A DNA stretch of 64,000 nucleotides from Bacteroidota bacterium (lineage in GTDB: Bacteria; Bacteroidota; Bacteroidia; Chitinophagales; Saprospiraceae), in the NCBI GenBank assembly GCA_039176995.1, contig JBCDFY010000005.1, positions 7,696 through 71,695 of the forward strand, written 5' to 3'. The notes beneath the pieces were generated by a model. That model was not told the DNA's origin and made no database searches. It worked only from the letters and a program-made list of their open reading frames with translations. A program made the translations under genes and the position numbers. Shown piece after piece: positions 37,724 to 46,398 of the stretch; the stretch's first letter is position 1, and each line of letters opens with the position of its first letter.

Positions 37724-38305
37724 CTAGTCTTTTTCCAAAAAGTCACTCAATTTGATTTGAAAACCTTTCAAGACCTCTTCTCCTGAAAGTGGAATATCGA
37801 AGGAGTTAATATGCTCTACTTCTCCGTTCGCACGATAGATGAAAACTTGCTCTTCTAATGGGTCAATCAACCAAGCTAGACGCACTTGATTTTCGATGTA
37901 TTTCACCATTTTTTTCTTAAGCTCCTTTAAATTGTCACTTTGGGAACGAATTTCTAACACAAAATCAGGAGAAATATGAGCGAATTTTTTACGCTCTTCT
38001 TTTGGTAGTGCTTTCCAACGTTCTAGTGCTATCCAAGTTGTATCTGGAGATAATACAGAATTATCAGGTAGAGTAAATCCAGTACTAGAATTAAAAGTTC
38101 TTCCTTCCTCTGTTTCTTTATTCCAATTCCTCAATTCTGAACTTACTTCTAAATTAAAATATCCTGCATCTCCTCCTGTTGGCTCCATAATTATAATATT
38201 TCCGTCGGCATCACGCTCTATACGCAACTCATCATTCACTCGACAAAACTCGAAGAACTGTTCATCGGTAAAACTATCTATTGACTTGAGAACTAATGCT
38301 TCCAT
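37724..38305 (-). CDS. Uma2 family (DUF820) endonuclease-like protein
   Basis: 193 aa. The motif ISPDFVLEIRSQSD and the overall pattern are typical of Uma2. Confidence 0.75.
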   Translation of the reverse strand: MEALVLKSIDSFTDEQFFEFCRVNDELRIERDADGNIIIMEPTGGDAGYFNLEVSSELRNWNKETEEGRTFNSSTGFTLPDNSVLSPDTTWIALERWKALPKEERKKFAHISPDFVLEIRSQSDNLKELKKKMVKYIENQVRLAWLIDPLEEQVFIYRANGEVEHINSFDIPLSGEEVLKGFQIKLSDFLEKD

Positions 38306-38336
38306 ACTACTAAGTTAGAAATAATTTCACTCAAAA

Positions 38337-40097
38337 TCAAGCTGCCGTTTCTGCCATTTCTAGGAACTGCATATGATACAATTTGCTGTAATAACCCTCT
38401 TCAATTTTCAGTAACTCTTCGTGTGAACCAAACTCTTTGACTTCGCCTTTATCCAATACTAGAATATTATCGGCATGGCGAATTGTGGATAAGCGGTGGG
38501 CGATAATGATAGAGGTTCGTTTAGCAATTAATTTTTCAATGGCATATTGAATAACGGATTCCGTTTCAGGGTCAATGGAAGAAGTGGCTTCGTCCAAAAT
38601 CAGAATATTTGGATCGAAAATTAGGGCGCGAACGAAAGAAATGAGTTGTCGCTGTCCCATAGAAAGCGTCGCACCGCGTTCCATCACTTGATAGTCATAG
38701 CCATTGGGTAGTTTCTCAATAAATTCGTGTGCTCCGATCATTTTTGCAGCTTCAATGACTTTTTCCTTGCTGATTTTATCATTGCGAAGGGTAATATTTT
38801 CCAAAACCGAACCTGAAAACAAGAAAACATCTTGCAAAACGATGGCCAAATGATCGCGGTAGGCTTTCAATTCGAAGTCGCGAATATCAATGTCATCTAC
38901 GGTAATTTTTCCTTTTTGAATTTCGTACAGACGTGTCAAAATATTAATAATCGTAGATTTTCCTGAGCCTGTACTTCCAACAATAGCGAGCGTTTCACCT
39001 GGATTAATCTGAAAATTGATGTCTTTCAGCACATAATCTTTCGCCTGATAAGCAAACCAAACTTGATCAAAATTGATTTTGCCTTGTAGCTTTTCAATGA
39101 CTTTCGTTCCCGTATTTTTGATCTTATTGTCCATGTCCAAAGTGTCAAAAACACGTTGTGCAGCCACCAAGCCCATTTGTAAAGTATTGAATCGATCAGC
39201 AAGTGTTCGCATCGGGCGCGTGAGCATCGAAAGATAGATCGGAAAAGCAATCAAAACACCCAAGGAGACTGCGCCATCTAAGGCTTGTCTAGCTCCAAAC
39301 CAAACCATTAATCCCAAAGCCACTGCTGAGACCACTTCTACTACTGGAAAGAAAACTGCATAGTATAAAATTGCATCCAAATTGGCTTGTGTGTAGTCGC
39401 GATTGATCTGCTTGAATTTTTTCATTTCTTCTTCCTCGGCATTGAAGATTTGTACCGTCCGCATTCCTGTGATGCGTTCTTGAAGAAAAGCATTCATTTT
39501 GGTGACTTGAGTGCGCACTTTCTGAAAAGAAACTTTGACTTTTTCTTTGAAAATATATGTTGCAATTGCTAGAAAAGGCAGCGTGACCAAGCAAATCAGT
39601 GTCAGTTCCCAACTGGAATAAAGCATGAAACCAAGAATAACAAAAATGGTCAGTAAGTCTGCAATAATGTTGATAACACCTTGTGCAAAAACATCATTCA
39701 CTTTTTCAATATCGTTGATGGTTCGGGTGGTTGAAGTTCCAATAGGCGTGCGGTCGAAATAAGTTAATTTGAGGCTAGTAATGTGATTAAAAACTTGTAC
39801 ACGCAAGTCACGAATCACAGATTGTCCTAACAAACGCGTCGTAAAAATGAAGGCATAGCGAATTATTCCTTCTAATAATAATACACCGATTATGACAAAG
39901 GTGAAGGTGTAGAGTCCTTGCAAATTACTGGTAAAAACGTAGTCGTCCACCATTTTTTGAATCAGGAAAGGACGAAGCGTAGCAATCGGCGCAACGATAA
40001 CGGTGAGGATGGTTGCTAAAATGAAAACGCCACGATACGGTTTCGCTTTACGCAACACTCTCATTAATAACTGCCAATCAATATTGTTTTTATTCAT
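38337..40097 (-). CDS. ABC exporter, fused permease/ATPase (MsbA/multidrug-like)
   Basis: Six-TM domain. Walker A GSTGSGKST, signature LSMGQRQL, Walker B ILILDEATS. ATG at 40097 preferred over the TTG at 40124. Confidence 0.9.
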   Translation of the reverse strand: MNKNNIDWQLLMRVLRKAKPYRGVFILATILTVIVAPIATLRPFLIQKMVDDYVFTSNLQGLYTFTFVIIGVLLLEGIIRYAFIFTTRLLGQSVIRDLRVQVFNHITSLKLTYFDRTPIGTSTTRTINDIEKVNDVFAQGVINIIADLLTIFVILGFMLYSSWELTLICLVTLPFLAIATYIFKEKVKVSFQKVRTQVTKMNAFLQERITGMRTVQIFNAEEEEMKKFKQINRDYTQANLDAILYYAVFFPVVEVVSAVALGLMVWFGARQALDGAVSLGVLIAFPIYLSMLTRPMRTLADRFNTLQMGLVAAQRVFDTLDMDNKIKNTGTKVIEKLQGKINFDQVWFAYQAKDYVLKDINFQINPGETLAIVGSTGSGKSTIINILTRLYEIQKGKITVDDIDIRDFELKAYRDHLAIVLQDVFLFSGSVLENITLRNDKISKEKVIEAAKMIGAHEFIEKLPNGYDYQVMERGATLSMGQRQLISFVRALIFDPNILILDEATSSIDPETESVIQYAIEKLIAKRTSIIIAHRLSTIRHADNILVLDKGEVKEFGSHEELLKIEEGYYSKLYHMQFLEMAETAA

Positions 40098-40323
40098 GTG
40101 TGGATTTAGACTGCTGGATTTCAAGAAGCGAGAACCGAGATTAGCCAGAATTTAATTACCAATATTCTGAATACTTCTCAATAACAAGTCGAAGCGTAAT
40201 AGGTTGTTCTCGGAAAAAAGAATAATCGCTAGCTGAAATAAATCCGTAGCCAATAATGCTTTTAAGATTAGTTACGGATTTGTTTTAGCCGCGGATTTTC
40301 AGGAGATATTGTGAACTCATCAT

Positions 40324-40647
40324 TCACCATTTCATCTCTTCTTCTATGTCCAGCTCTTCTTGTTTGTAGAATCCTTTGGTGAAGACGCGCTGTTTTTGTC
40401 GCTCAATAATCAAGCGCGCAACGGTGACATTGGCAGGCTCTGGATTGAGTGGAGAGAGGGCTTTTTGAACGGCAGCTTCTGAAATATCCATCCTATACAT
40501 CGTACTCATCAAATACTCCAAGCGCGATTCAATTAGGTAAGCTACATAATCAGACATCCAATACAGTAAGGCTTCTTCTGAATTTGGTATTTTCTGGTTT
40601 TCCAATTGGAAGTCTCTGATAATTAAATCGTTAACACTTTGATTCAT
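40324..40647 (-). CDS. Hypothetical protein
   Basis: ORF with an ATG at 40647 (MNQSVNDL), 8 nt downstream of the preceding gene's stop. No motif recognised. Confidence 0.45.
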   Translation of the reverse strand: MNQSVNDLIIRDFQLENQKIPNSEEALLYWMSDYVAYLIESRLEYLMSTMYRMDISEAAVQKALSPLNPEPANVTVARLIIERQKQRVFTKGFYKQEELDIEEEMKW

Positions 40648-40655
40648 TTTTAAAA

Positions 40656-41501
40656 CTACTTTTCGCAAACGAGCACTATTCGTTTTGCTGTTCCTCCTTT
40701 GGCATTAAACTTCACAAATTTTCGATAAGGTTCAGAATTTTTTATAAGTACAACCGCTGTATTATCTCCAAGTCTTCCGGTGTTCTCTGCATAGATGACC
40801 AACTCGTTGTACTTTTCTTTAAGATTCAACTGTAATTTGTATCGTTTTCTAATGACTTCGTGGTGATCTAATAGTTTTTCACCATTCAAATAAACAGTTA
40901 TTAAATCGCCATCTTCATTGCCGCCGTCCCAAAGTAGAATTTTGGCTTGACGTTCCAACAACCTCACTTTAGCAATGGTCTTTATCTCAAATTGCCAACT
41001 CGGCTCTGTTGATTTTAAGTTGATACAAACGCTGTCTTTATTGTCTGTGAAACCTGCATTCTGATTTCCTAAAAAGAGGAAGCGCGCCTTTTCTGGAACT
41101 ATAACTACTTGATTATTAACAACAAAATCTTGCTCAATGTCTGTTATTTCAGCAGAAAACAAAGACTTTGGCGTCTCCATTTGTACTCCAACATCTATCG
41201 CATTTAGTATTCTTTCAAGCTGATGATGTGGCAATAATAAACTATCTTTTGAGAAAACACCAATGACTTTTGTAGAGTTCTCTTCTAAAAGATTTGCTCG
41301 TAGTTGTAAAGTGTCCTTCGCTTTGACGTTTAAGGCTTTCAGGTCTATAATTACTGGATGATCTGCAATGTGTGGGTATGGCTGATAGAGAAAAGAAGCA
41401 TTAGGTTTTAGACAAACTTTCGAGGTATTTTGTCCTTGAAGTGCGGTGCCAGACAACAGTGACAAAAATAAAGCGAGGTGATATTTTTGTATTTTATTCA
41501 T
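40656..41501 (-). CDS. Secreted hypothetical protein
   Basis: 281 aa. Signal peptide MNKIQKYHLALFLSLLSGTALQGQ. Confidence 0.55.
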   Translation of the reverse strand: MNKIQKYHLALFLSLLSGTALQGQNTSKVCLKPNASFLYQPYPHIADHPVIIDLKALNVKAKDTLQLRANLLEENSTKVIGVFSKDSLLLPHHQLERILNAIDVGVQMETPKSLFSAEITDIEQDFVVNNQVVIVPEKARFLFLGNQNAGFTDNKDSVCINLKSTEPSWQFEIKTIAKVRLLERQAKILLWDGGNEDGDLITVYLNGEKLLDHHEVIRKRYKLQLNLKEKYNELVIYAENTGRLGDNTAVVLIKNSEPYRKFVKFNAKGGTAKRIVLVCEK

Positions 41502-41636
41502 TCGTCCTCAAAATTACAAAACCATTAGAAGTGCTATATCGTTTCTATCTCAAGTTTAAGGATTGAAGGATAAAGAGAAGAACGTATTGAGGGAAAATCC
41601 GCTGCTCTTAGCAACCACCCCAAAACTTGTTATGCA

Positions 41637-42701
41637 ATGCTACAAAACTTAGTCAAAATATTGCTTGCTCCTCTTTCGCTACTTTATGGACTTGGAATTA
41701 CGACTCGAAATCTGTTCTACCGCAATGGCGTTTTAAAAAGCGTAGAATTCAATATTCCAACCATTTCTGTGGGTAACCTATCCGTAGGTGGAGCAGGGAA
41801 AACGCCTCATGTGGAGTACTTGATTCGCTTGCTGAAAGACTATATTAATGTTGCAACTCTAAGCCGAGGTTATAAGCGAAAAACCAAAGGATTCATGCTC
41901 GTTTATCCAAAAAACAGCGCAGAAGGTGTGGGCGATGAGCCTTTACAATACAAGCGAAAATTTCCAGATATTGTGGTTGCTATTGGAGAAAGTCGAACGA
42001 TGGCGATTCCTGAAATTATGAGCAAAGCACCTGACACTCAAGTTATTCTACTAGACGACGCGTTCCAGCACATTGCCATCAAACCGAGTTTGAATATTCT
42101 TCTGACCGAATACGATCATCCCTTTTCAGATGATTATTTGTTGCCTTCGGGTAGATTACGAGAGTGGCGTTCTGCTTACCAACGTGCAGATACCATTATC
42201 GTTACTAAATGTCCTACTGAACTTTCTTTGGAAGCTAAACAAGCCATGCTTCAAAAAATTCAAGCCTTGCCAAGTCAAAAAGTCTTTTTCTCTTACTATC
42301 AATATGGGAATCCATACTATATTTTCAATCCAAAGTATGTAGGGCGCTTGGTAAAAGATGTGGATGTGCTGCTGATTTGCGCTATCGCGCGCAAAGAGTA
42401 TTTGCTAGATTATTTATATGATAGAGTCAACTCCGTAGTTTTGATGGCTTTTGAAGATCATCATTTTTTTACGAAGCAAGATATTGGCTCACTGCGCGCT
42501 ACTTATGAGCGTATGAAATCCGATCGAAAAGTGATTATTACGACGGAAAAAGATGCGATGCGATTGGATTTACATCGGCAGTATTTACTGGAGCATCAAT
42601 TACCGATTTTCGCCTTGCCTGTGAAAGTGAAATTCCATTTTGAAGAAGGAGACGCCTTTGATAGTTCTATTCGGAATCATTTATTGGAGTTTCGGGTTTG
42701 A
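41637..42701 (+). CDS. lpxK: Tetraacyldisaccharide 4'-kinase
   Basis: P-loop GNLSVGGAGKTPHVEYL, motif ILLDDAFQH, 354 aa. Confidence 0.9.
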   Translation: MLQNLVKILLAPLSLLYGLGITTRNLFYRNGVLKSVEFNIPTISVGNLSVGGAGKTPHVEYLIRLLKDYINVATLSRGYKRKTKGFMLVYPKNSAEGVGDEPLQYKRKFPDIVVAIGESRTMAIPEIMSKAPDTQVILLDDAFQHIAIKPSLNILLTEYDHPFSDDYLLPSGRLREWRSAYQRADTIIVTKCPTELSLEAKQAMLQKIQALPSQKVFFSYYQYGNPYYIFNPKYVGRLVKDVDVLLICAIARKEYLLDYLYDRVNSVVLMAFEDHHFFTKQDIGSLRATYERMKSDRKVIITTEKDAMRLDLHRQYLLEHQLPIFALPVKVKFHFEEGDAFDSSIRNHLLEFRV

Positions 42702-42755
42702 AGCTATACGGTTTTGAGTTTTGGGGGCTTTAGTTTTGAGGGTTCTCCACTGACG

Positions 42756-43052
42756 CTAATTGAGTGAAAATTGCAAGACCATATCCGAGGAATTATGAAA
42801 CATCAATTCTTCAATTTCGGGAGTCAACCATTCTGCTACTGGCCATTGTGCAATCATTTCTAGCACTTCAAATTCGGATTCCGCCACAAAAACGCTCCAC
42901 AGCTTAGAGCGATCCATGGAAAGCGAATAGGACTTAATTTTACCTTCTGCTAAAAGATAATTGATTACGTTTCGCTGTTCGGGAATACGCGCCATAAAAT
43001 CTGCTGGGAACGGATCGGGCAGATCGAATTCTACCATATATTGCTTGTACAT
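42756..43052 (-). CDS. Small protein, possibly muconolactone delta-isomerase-like fold
   Basis: 98 aa. The pattern MVEFDLP...KLWSVFVAESEFEVLEMI..WP...IEELMFHNS resembles my memory of the MIase family. Weak call. Confidence 0.4.
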   Translation of the reverse strand: MYKQYMVEFDLPDPFPADFMARIPEQRNVINYLLAEGKIKSYSLSMDRSKLWSVFVAESEFEVLEMIAQWPVAEWLTPEIEELMFHNSSDMVLQFSLN

Positions 43053-43194
43053 CTCTTCTTTTTTTACGGTTTTTTAAAGTTGGCTTCGTCAAACTTTTCA
43101 GATAGAGAACACTTAGTAAAAAAATTGGTTGAATTATTGTATAAACAATTGATTTTCAATTTTTTAATATAAATTTTATTTCGAGAGAAAGCTG

Positions 43195-43220
43195 TCCAGT
43201 GACAGGAAGTAACTGGATAA
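43195..43220 (+). repeat. Second copy of the CCAGTGAC...ACTGGATAA hairpin element
   Basis: TCCAGTGACAGGAAGTAACTGGATAA matches the reverse complement of 6231-6256 (TCCAGTGACGGGAAGTCACTGGATAA) at 24/26. Confidence 0.6.
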
Positions 43221-43238
43221 CAGCTCAAATAATAAGAT

Positions 43239-43823
43239 ATGGCTGCTTCCATTGTCACTCTACAACAACAATTACGTACTTGTACCCATTGCGAGCCGCA
43301 CCTCTCACTAGGTGCAAACCCTATTTTCAGTTTTTCCAAAAATTCAAAAATTGCGCTTATTAGTCAAGCTCCTGGTATTTTGGCACACGAAAAATCTGTC
43401 CCTTACAAAGATCCAAGTGGCAGAAGATTAAGAGATTGGCTAGACGTGGACGAAGCTACTTTTTACGATCCTGACAACTTTGCTATCCTACCTATGGGAT
43501 TTTGCTATCCAGGCAAAGGAAAAAGTGGAGACTTACCACCTAGAAAAGAATGCGCACCACTTTGGCATCATCGCATCTGGGATGTTCTGGACAATATTCA
43601 GCTCAAAATTGTGATTGGTCAGTACGCCCAGAGGGCATATTTACCCAATCAAAAGCGCAACCTTACCCTTTCTGTACAAGCGTATAAAGAATATTTGCCA
43701 CAATTTTTTCCATTGGTGCATCCTTCGCCGCGTAATCGCTTTTGGTTAGCAAAGAATCCTTGGTTTGAAGAGGAAGTGATTCCTGATTTGAGGGAAATGG
43801 TGAATGGAATTTTACTCAAATGA
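43239..43823 (+). CDS. Uracil-DNA glycosylase superfamily protein
   Basis: Motifs ALISQAPG (motif A-like) and HPSPRN (motif B). 194 aa. Confidence 0.8.
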   Translation: MAASIVTLQQQLRTCTHCEPHLSLGANPIFSFSKNSKIALISQAPGILAHEKSVPYKDPSGRRLRDWLDVDEATFYDPDNFAILPMGFCYPGKGKSGDLPPRKECAPLWHHRIWDVLDNIQLKIVIGQYAQRAYLPNQKRNLTLSVQAYKEYLPQFFPLVHPSPRNRFWLAKNPWFEEEVIPDLREMVNGILLK

Positions 43824-43867
43824 GCATATTTTAAAAAAGAGAAGAAAATCGTATGATTGTCTGCTAA

Positions 43868-44053
43868 TACACTGTAAACTAAGTTTTACGCAATTTTAAC
43901 CAGAGGAGGTTGAGGAAGAAAAGCGGTTTTGAAAAAATCGTTTTTCTTCCTCAACACCCCATCTGCCTGTACGGGCGAGTGTTTTTTTTGAAGCTCGAAA
44001 AGCCAAGGCTTTTCTCGCTTCTCAAAATTTAAATAAACTTAGTTTACACTGTA
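43868..44053. repeat. 186-bp inverted-repeat-bounded element containing internal hairpins
   Basis: TACACTGTAAACTAAGTTT (43868-43886) matches the reverse complement of 44035-44053 (TACAGTGTAAACTAAGTTT) at 18/19. There is an internal hairpin at 43909-43955 and an imperfect one at about 43985-44028. Confidence 0.6.
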
Positions 44054-44090
44054 CTTGGTACTTGTACATGTTTAATATCGCGCCTTAATA

Positions 44091-44245
44091 CAGGGCGAAC
44101 GTAAGAAAATTTTTATAATATGACAGAACACTTGATTTTGCTGATTTTTCAAAAAAAAAAGCAGATCGTTAGCAAAAAACTGAAAAATGTGTCGATTGAT
44201 TATCAATCAATTATACATTATGGCTTTTTTCTTACGTTCGCCCTG
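44091..44245. mobile_element. 155-bp MITE with 19-bp perfect TIRs and a 10-bp target-site duplication
   Basis: Left end CAGGGCGAACGTAAGAAAA (44091-44109). Right end TTTTCTTACGTTCGCCCTG (44227-44245) is its exact reverse complement. Direct repeat CGCCTTAATA lies at 44081-44090 and 44246-44255, immediately outside the TIRs. No credible internal ORF. Confidence 0.8.
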
Positions 44246-44468
44246 CGCCTTAATATTCTTAAAATTGATAATCAATTAGTTACAAAATATTATCTGTCGA
44301 TTTATTGAGCACGAGGGCGGTGATAAAAATGTAATGCTCTGGGATTGGTTAGTGCGAAGTTTACGAAGCGATTGCTAAACCCCCTAGTTACTGCTTACCA
44401 ATCCCTTCGGGCTTAGCAATCAGAAACTACTTGCAGCATTACTTGTGTTACACTGCCAGCACAAGTAC

Positions 44469-44615
44469 TTATGCTCCTAATTCTCCATACCCTAAATCAT
44501 CAGCAAGAATTAGAATAACATTTGGTGGACGGTCTTCTGCTTTATCTTCTTGATTTTCAGTATTTTGACAAGCAAATACAAAGAAAAGGAAAGCGAAAGG
44601 GAGTATAAGTTTCAT
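44469..44615 (-). pseudogene. Arylsulfatase N-terminal remnant (48 codons then TAA)
   Basis: Hand translation: MKLILPFAFLFFVFACQNTENQEDKAEDRPPNVILILADDLGYGELGA*. It has a lipoprotein signal plus the sulfatase start motif PNVILILADDLGYG. No sulfatase-like coding continues in any frame downstream. Confidence 0.6.
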
Positions 44616-44744
44616 TGTTTTACGTTTTATGTGGAGACTCAATGATCAAGCTGCACTCACCTCTTATATCTTTCAAAATTTCAATTCCACTCAATTTATA
44701 CAAAAGCTGTTTGTTGCTCAGAAACTTAACAAGACTTATGTAAA

Positions 44745-44769
44745 CTATGTGAAAAAACTATTGTGACTA
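44745..44769 (+). repeat. Same motif family, copy b
   Basis: CTATGTGAAAAAACTATTGTGACTA, just downstream of the tadA stop. Confidence 0.65.
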
Positions 44770-44782
44770 GCATGGTAGATCA

Positions 44783-45226
44783 TCACCTCTTTGCAGCAAA
44801 AAATGCCTGCATCAATTCTGCACATTCTTCCATCAAGATACCATATTCTACTTTGGTCTTAGGATGTAAAAGTGCTTTCCCATAACGCATAAACCCACGT
44901 TTATCATCGCTTGCACCATATACCAAGCGCGTCAATTGCGACCAAGCTAGCGCTCCAGCACACATAATACAAGGCTCAAGTGTGACATAGAGCGTACAAT
45001 CCGTCAAATATTTGCTGCCTAGAAATTCACTTGCAGCGGTTAAAGCAATAATTTCTGCGTGCGCAGTGACGTCTTTAAGTTTTTCTGTTCGATTGTGCGC
45101 CCGCGCAATAATGCGGTCATTAGCGACGATGACCGCCCCGACTGGAATTTCGCCTGCTTCATAAGCAGCTTCTGCTTGTAGCAGCGCTTGGCGCATGAAG
45201 TAATTATCGTCGTAAACTCGAAGCAT
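44783..45226 (-). CDS. tadA: tRNA adenosine(34) deaminase
   Basis: Motifs HAEIIAL and PCIMCAGAL. 147 aa. Confidence 0.9.
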   Translation of the reverse strand: MLRVYDDNYFMRQALLQAEAAYEAGEIPVGAVIVANDRIIARAHNRTEKLKDVTAHAEIIALTAASEFLGSKYLTDCTLYVTLEPCIMCAGALAWSQLTRLVYGASDDKRGFMRYGKALLHPKTKVEYGILMEECAELMQAFFAAKR

Positions 45227-45318
45227 AAAATCAAACCGTTGTGAGAGAAATTGGGTTTTACGTGTGAATGAATTTATCTAACTTTAAACAAGAAACAAAA
45301 AAACTGTAATTTTGCGAC

Positions 45319-46392
45319 ATGAACGCTACAATTTTGTTAGTCCTATTTTTCCTGCTTTCCATTATTTTCTCTTTTCTCTGTTCCATTTGGGAAGCAGTTC
45401 TACTAAGTGTAACGCCTTCTTACGTACAGCGAAAAGTTGCCGAAGGGACACAAACAGGTTCACTTCTTCAAAGTTTCAAAAAGGATATTGATCGTCCGCT
45501 CTCTGCAATTTTGACTTTGAATACCATTGCGCATACCGTGGGTGCGATAGGCGTCGGAGTACAAGCTAGTGAAGTGTTTGGTGACGGAGAAACTTCTTTT
45601 GGTATTTCTTATGAATCTATCGTTGCAAGTTTGATGACTTTGGCGATTTTGGTGCTCTCTGAAATTATTCCAAAAACCATTGGTGCGAATAAATGGCAGA
45701 CGCTCGCGCCTTTTACGGTAAAGTCACTCAATTTCTTATTATTGATTTTGCGTCCATTCGTTTGGATGAGTCAATTGATTACGAAGTCTTTGAAGAAAGA
45801 TAAAGATAAGAGTGTATTGAGCCGTGCAGATTTTGCAGCAATGACTGAAGTGGTGGCAGAGAGTGGGGAGCTAGATCAGAGTGAGACAACCATTATTAGC
45901 AATTTGCTGCGACTAGAAAATCTGATAGTGCGTGATGTTATGACACCGAGAACCGTAATGGCAATAGTGGAATCTTCTACTACTTTGATGGATTACTACA
46001 AATCACAAGGGAAATTGCGCTTTTCGCGTATTCCAGTTTATGAAGGTCGCCCAGACAATGTAGTTGGATTAGTGTTGAAAGATGATTTATTGTCTCATTT
46101 AGTAGAGGATGAAGATGATCTCACTATGAATGAGATTAAGCGTGAAATTCTTGCAGTTAAAGATGATTTGGCACTTCCTAAACTCTTTGATACGCTGACT
46201 CAACAGCGTTCCCATATTGCCATCGTTGTTGATGAATACGGCAGCTTGGTCGGTCTGGTCACGATGGAAGATGTGTTAGAAACTATTCTTGGTTTAGAGA
46301 TTATGGATGAGTCGGATAATGTACCAAGTTTGCAAGAATTGGCAAGACAACGTTGGGAAGAAAGGGCCAGGAATATGGGGATGATTGAGTAA
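45319..46392 (+). CDS. CNNM (DUF21) + CBS-pair membrane protein (hemolysin/CorC-related)
   Basis: N-terminal 4-TM DUF21 domain, then two CBS motifs (VRDVMTPR...; HIAIVVDEYGSLVGLVTMEDVLE). Confidence 0.85.
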   Translation: MNATILLVLFFLLSIIFSFLCSIWEAVLLSVTPSYVQRKVAEGTQTGSLLQSFKKDIDRPLSAILTLNTIAHTVGAIGVGVQASEVFGDGETSFGISYESIVASLMTLAILVLSEIIPKTIGANKWQTLAPFTVKSLNFLLLILRPFVWMSQLITKSLKKDKDKSVLSRADFAAMTEVVAESGELDQSETTIISNLLRLENLIVRDVMTPRTVMAIVESSTTLMDYYKSQGKLRFSRIPVYEGRPDNVVGLVLKDDLLSHLVEDEDDLTMNEIKREILAVKDDLALPKLFDTLTQQRSHIAIVVDEYGSLVGLVTMEDVLETILGLEIMDESDNVPSLQELARQRWEERARNMGMIE

Positions 46393-46398
46393 AAACCA

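Noticed and set aside
37552-37746. Pro-rich 64-aa ORF (PPAPPPPKLPPPKPPNPPPPP)
   Set aside because: It is the reverse-complement reading of the GGN-rich Gly tail of the TPM/YgcG-like gene.
43064-43339. 91-aa minus-strand ORF overlapping the UDG gene start
   Set aside because: It overlaps the UDG coding start and the REP-like hairpin, and no motif is recognisable. The UDG-family gene on the plus strand is well supported.
44120-44308. 62-aa ORF MTEHLILLIFQKKKQIVSKK...
   Set aside because: It lies mostly inside the 155-bp MITE and crosses its right TIR and TSD. It is AT-rich and low-complexity.
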